A DNA stretch of 64,000 nucleotides from Mobula hypostoma (Eukaryota), in the NCBI RefSeq assembly GCF_963921235.1, contig NC_086108.1:97652001-97716000 (forward strand). The letters are read 5' to 3'. Made by a program: the position numbers and the translations under genes. This document shows, one piece after another, positions 61,806 to 64,000 of the stretch (positions within the stretch are counted from its first letter, which is position 1; each line of letters starts with the position of its first letter). The notes below the pieces were generated by a model. The model did no database searches. It was not told where the DNA came from and worked only from the letters and a program-made list of their open reading frames with translations.

Positions 61806-64000
61806 TGTGGCAGGGGGATGGGAACAAGTGCAGAGAGACAGAGGGGTGTAAAGTGAGGGTAGAAGCAAAAAGTAGTAAGGTGAAAAGTAAAAGTGGCAGG
61901 CTGACAAATCCAGGGCAAGCATCAAAAAGGGCCACTTTTCAACATAATTGTATAAGGGCTAAGAGTGTTGTAAAAACAAGCCTGAAGGCTTTGTGTGTCA
62001 ATGCAAGGAGCATTTGTAACAAGGTGGATGAATTGAAAGTGCAGATAGTTATTAATGAATATGATATAGTTGGGATCACAGAGACATGGCTCCAGGGTGA
62101 CCAAGGATGGAAGCTCAACATTCAGGGATATTCAATATTCATGAGGGATAGACATGAAAGAAAAGGAGGTGGGGTAGCATTGCTGGTTAGAGAGGAGATT
62201 AATGCAATAGAAAGGAAGGACATGAGCCTTGAGGATGTGGAATTGATATGGGTAGAGCTGCATAACACTAAGGGGCAGAAAACGCTGGTGGGAGTTGTGT
62301 ACAGGCCACCTAACAGTAGTAGTGAGGTTGGGGATGGCATTAAACAGGAAATTAGAAATGCGTGCAATAAAGGAACAGCAGTTATAATGGGTGACTTCAA
62401 TCTACATATAGATTGGGTGAACCAAATTGGTAAGGGTGCTGAGGAAGAGGATTTCTTGGAATGTATGCGGGATGGTTTTCTGAACCAACATGTCGAGAAA
62501 CCAACCAGAGAGCAGGCCATTCTAGACTGGGTATTGAGCAATAAGGAAGGGTTAGTTAGCAATCTTGTCGTGTGAGGCCCCTTGGGTAAGAGTGACCATA
62601 ATATGGTGGAATTCTTCATTAAAGATGGAGAGTGACATAGTTAATTCAGAAACAAAGGTTCTGAACTTAAAGAAGGGTAACTTTGAAAGTATGAGACTTG
62701 AATTAGCTAAGATAGACTGGCAAATGACACTTAGAGTGTTGACGGTGGATATGCAATGGCAAGCATTTAAAGATCGCATGGATGAACCACAATAATTGTT
62801 CATCCCAGTTTGGTAAAAGAATAAATCAGGGAAGGTAGTGCACCCGTGGCTGACAAGGGAAATTAGGGATAGTATCAATTCCAAACAAGAAACATACAAA
62901 TTAGCCAGAGAAAGTGGCTCACCTGAGGACTGGGAGAAATTCAGAGTCCAGCAGAGGAGGACAAAGGGCTTAATTAGGAAAGGGAAAAAAGATTGAGAGA
63001 AAGCTGGCAGGGAACATAAAAACTGACTGTAAAAGCTTTTATAGGTATGTGAAAAGGAAAAGATTGGTTAAGACAAATGTAGGTCCCTTACAGTCAGAAA
63101 CAGGTGAATTGATCATGGGGAACAAGGACATGGCAGACCAATTGAATAACTACTTTGGTTCTGTCCTCACTAAGGAGGACATAAATAATCTTCCAGAAAT
63201 AGTAGGGGATAGAGGGTCCAGTGAGATGGAGGAGCTGAGGGAAATACATGTGAGTAGGGAAGTGGTGTTAGGTAAATTGAAGGGATTAAAAGCAGATAAA
63301 TCCCTAGGGCCAGATGGTCTGCATCCCAGAGTGCTTAAGGAAGTAGCCCAAGAAATAGGATGCATTAGTGATAATTTTTCAAAACTCTTTAGATCCTGGA
63401 TTAGTTCCTGAGGATTGGAGGGTGGCTAATGTAACTCCACTTTTTAAAAAAGGAGGGAGAGATAAACCAGGGAATTATAGACCGGTTAGCCTGACATCGG
63501 TGGTGGGGAAAATGCTAGAGTCAGTTATCAAAGCTGTGATAACAGCACATTTAGAAAGCGGTGAAATTATCGGACTAAGTCAGCATGGATTTGTGAAAGG
63601 AAAATCATGTCTGACGAATCTCATAGAATTTTTTGAGGACGTAACTAGTAGAGTGGATAGGGGAGAACCAGTGGATGTGATATATTTGGATTTTCAAAAG
63701 GCTTTTGACAAGGTCCCACACAGGAGATTAGTGTGCAAACTTAAAGCACATGGTATTGGGGGTAAGGTATTGATGTGGATAGAGAACTGGTTGGCAGACA
63801 GGAAGCAAAGAGTGAGAATAAACAGGACCTTTTCACAATGGCAGGCAGTGACTAGTGGGGTACCGCAAGGCTCAGTGCTGGGACCCCAGTTGTTTACAAG
63901 ATATATTAATGACTTAGACAATGGAATTAAATGCAGCATCTCCCAAGTTTGCGGATGACACGAAGCTGGGCGGCAGTGTTAGCTGTGAGGAGGATGCTAA
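61806..64000 (+). pseudogene. CR1 ORF2 remnant (AP endonuclease + RT)
   Basis: [77 protein letters not shown]. Broken at about 62575, 62990, 63360 and 63940. Confidence 0.88.

Larger units (their letters stand above)
61370..64000 (+). mobile_element. Long CR1 LINE (ORF1 3' part plus ORF2), running off the window end
   Basis: ORF1 esterase-like remnant followed by endonuclease and RT domains, with a few stops and frameshifts. Confidence 0.93.

Overview
Eukaryotic (vertebrate) non-coding DNA made up mostly of transposable elements. The repeat mix (very abundant CR1 LINEs, Rex1/Babar-type LINEs, V-SINE-type SINEs, purine/pyrimidine-skewed Penelope ends) suggests a cartilaginous fish, probably a ray; that is inference. 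I could not identify any host protein-coding gene. Every long ORF in the track is a retroelement or transposon remnant: CR1 ORF1/ORF2, Rex1 RT, L1-clade ORF2, Penelope RT/GIY-YIG, and hAT and Harbinger transposase pieces. The most coherent system is a set of five fold-back insertions of Penelope-like elements (9391-10164, 18561-20370, 33551-33732, 41433-41693, 47735-47960). Each has inverted pseudo-LTRs in which one arm lacks the 3' tail. Four have recognisable target-site duplications and carry minimal hammerhead-ribozyme motifs (CUGANGA...GAAAC-GUC), three of which look intact. This architecture is known for Penelope-like elements, so it is interesting rather than new in kind. Other notable items are a TGT...ACA long-TIR non-autonomous transposon with a 5-bp TSD, a decayed 28S rRNA fragment spanning the A-loop region and sarcin-ricin loop, a 210-bp perfect-identity tract between two nearby inverted LINE copies, a young L1-clade insertion, a solo LTR, and a 45-bp minisatellite built from a Penelope 3' end. 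All alignments and counts were done by eye, and boundaries of old elements are approximate.
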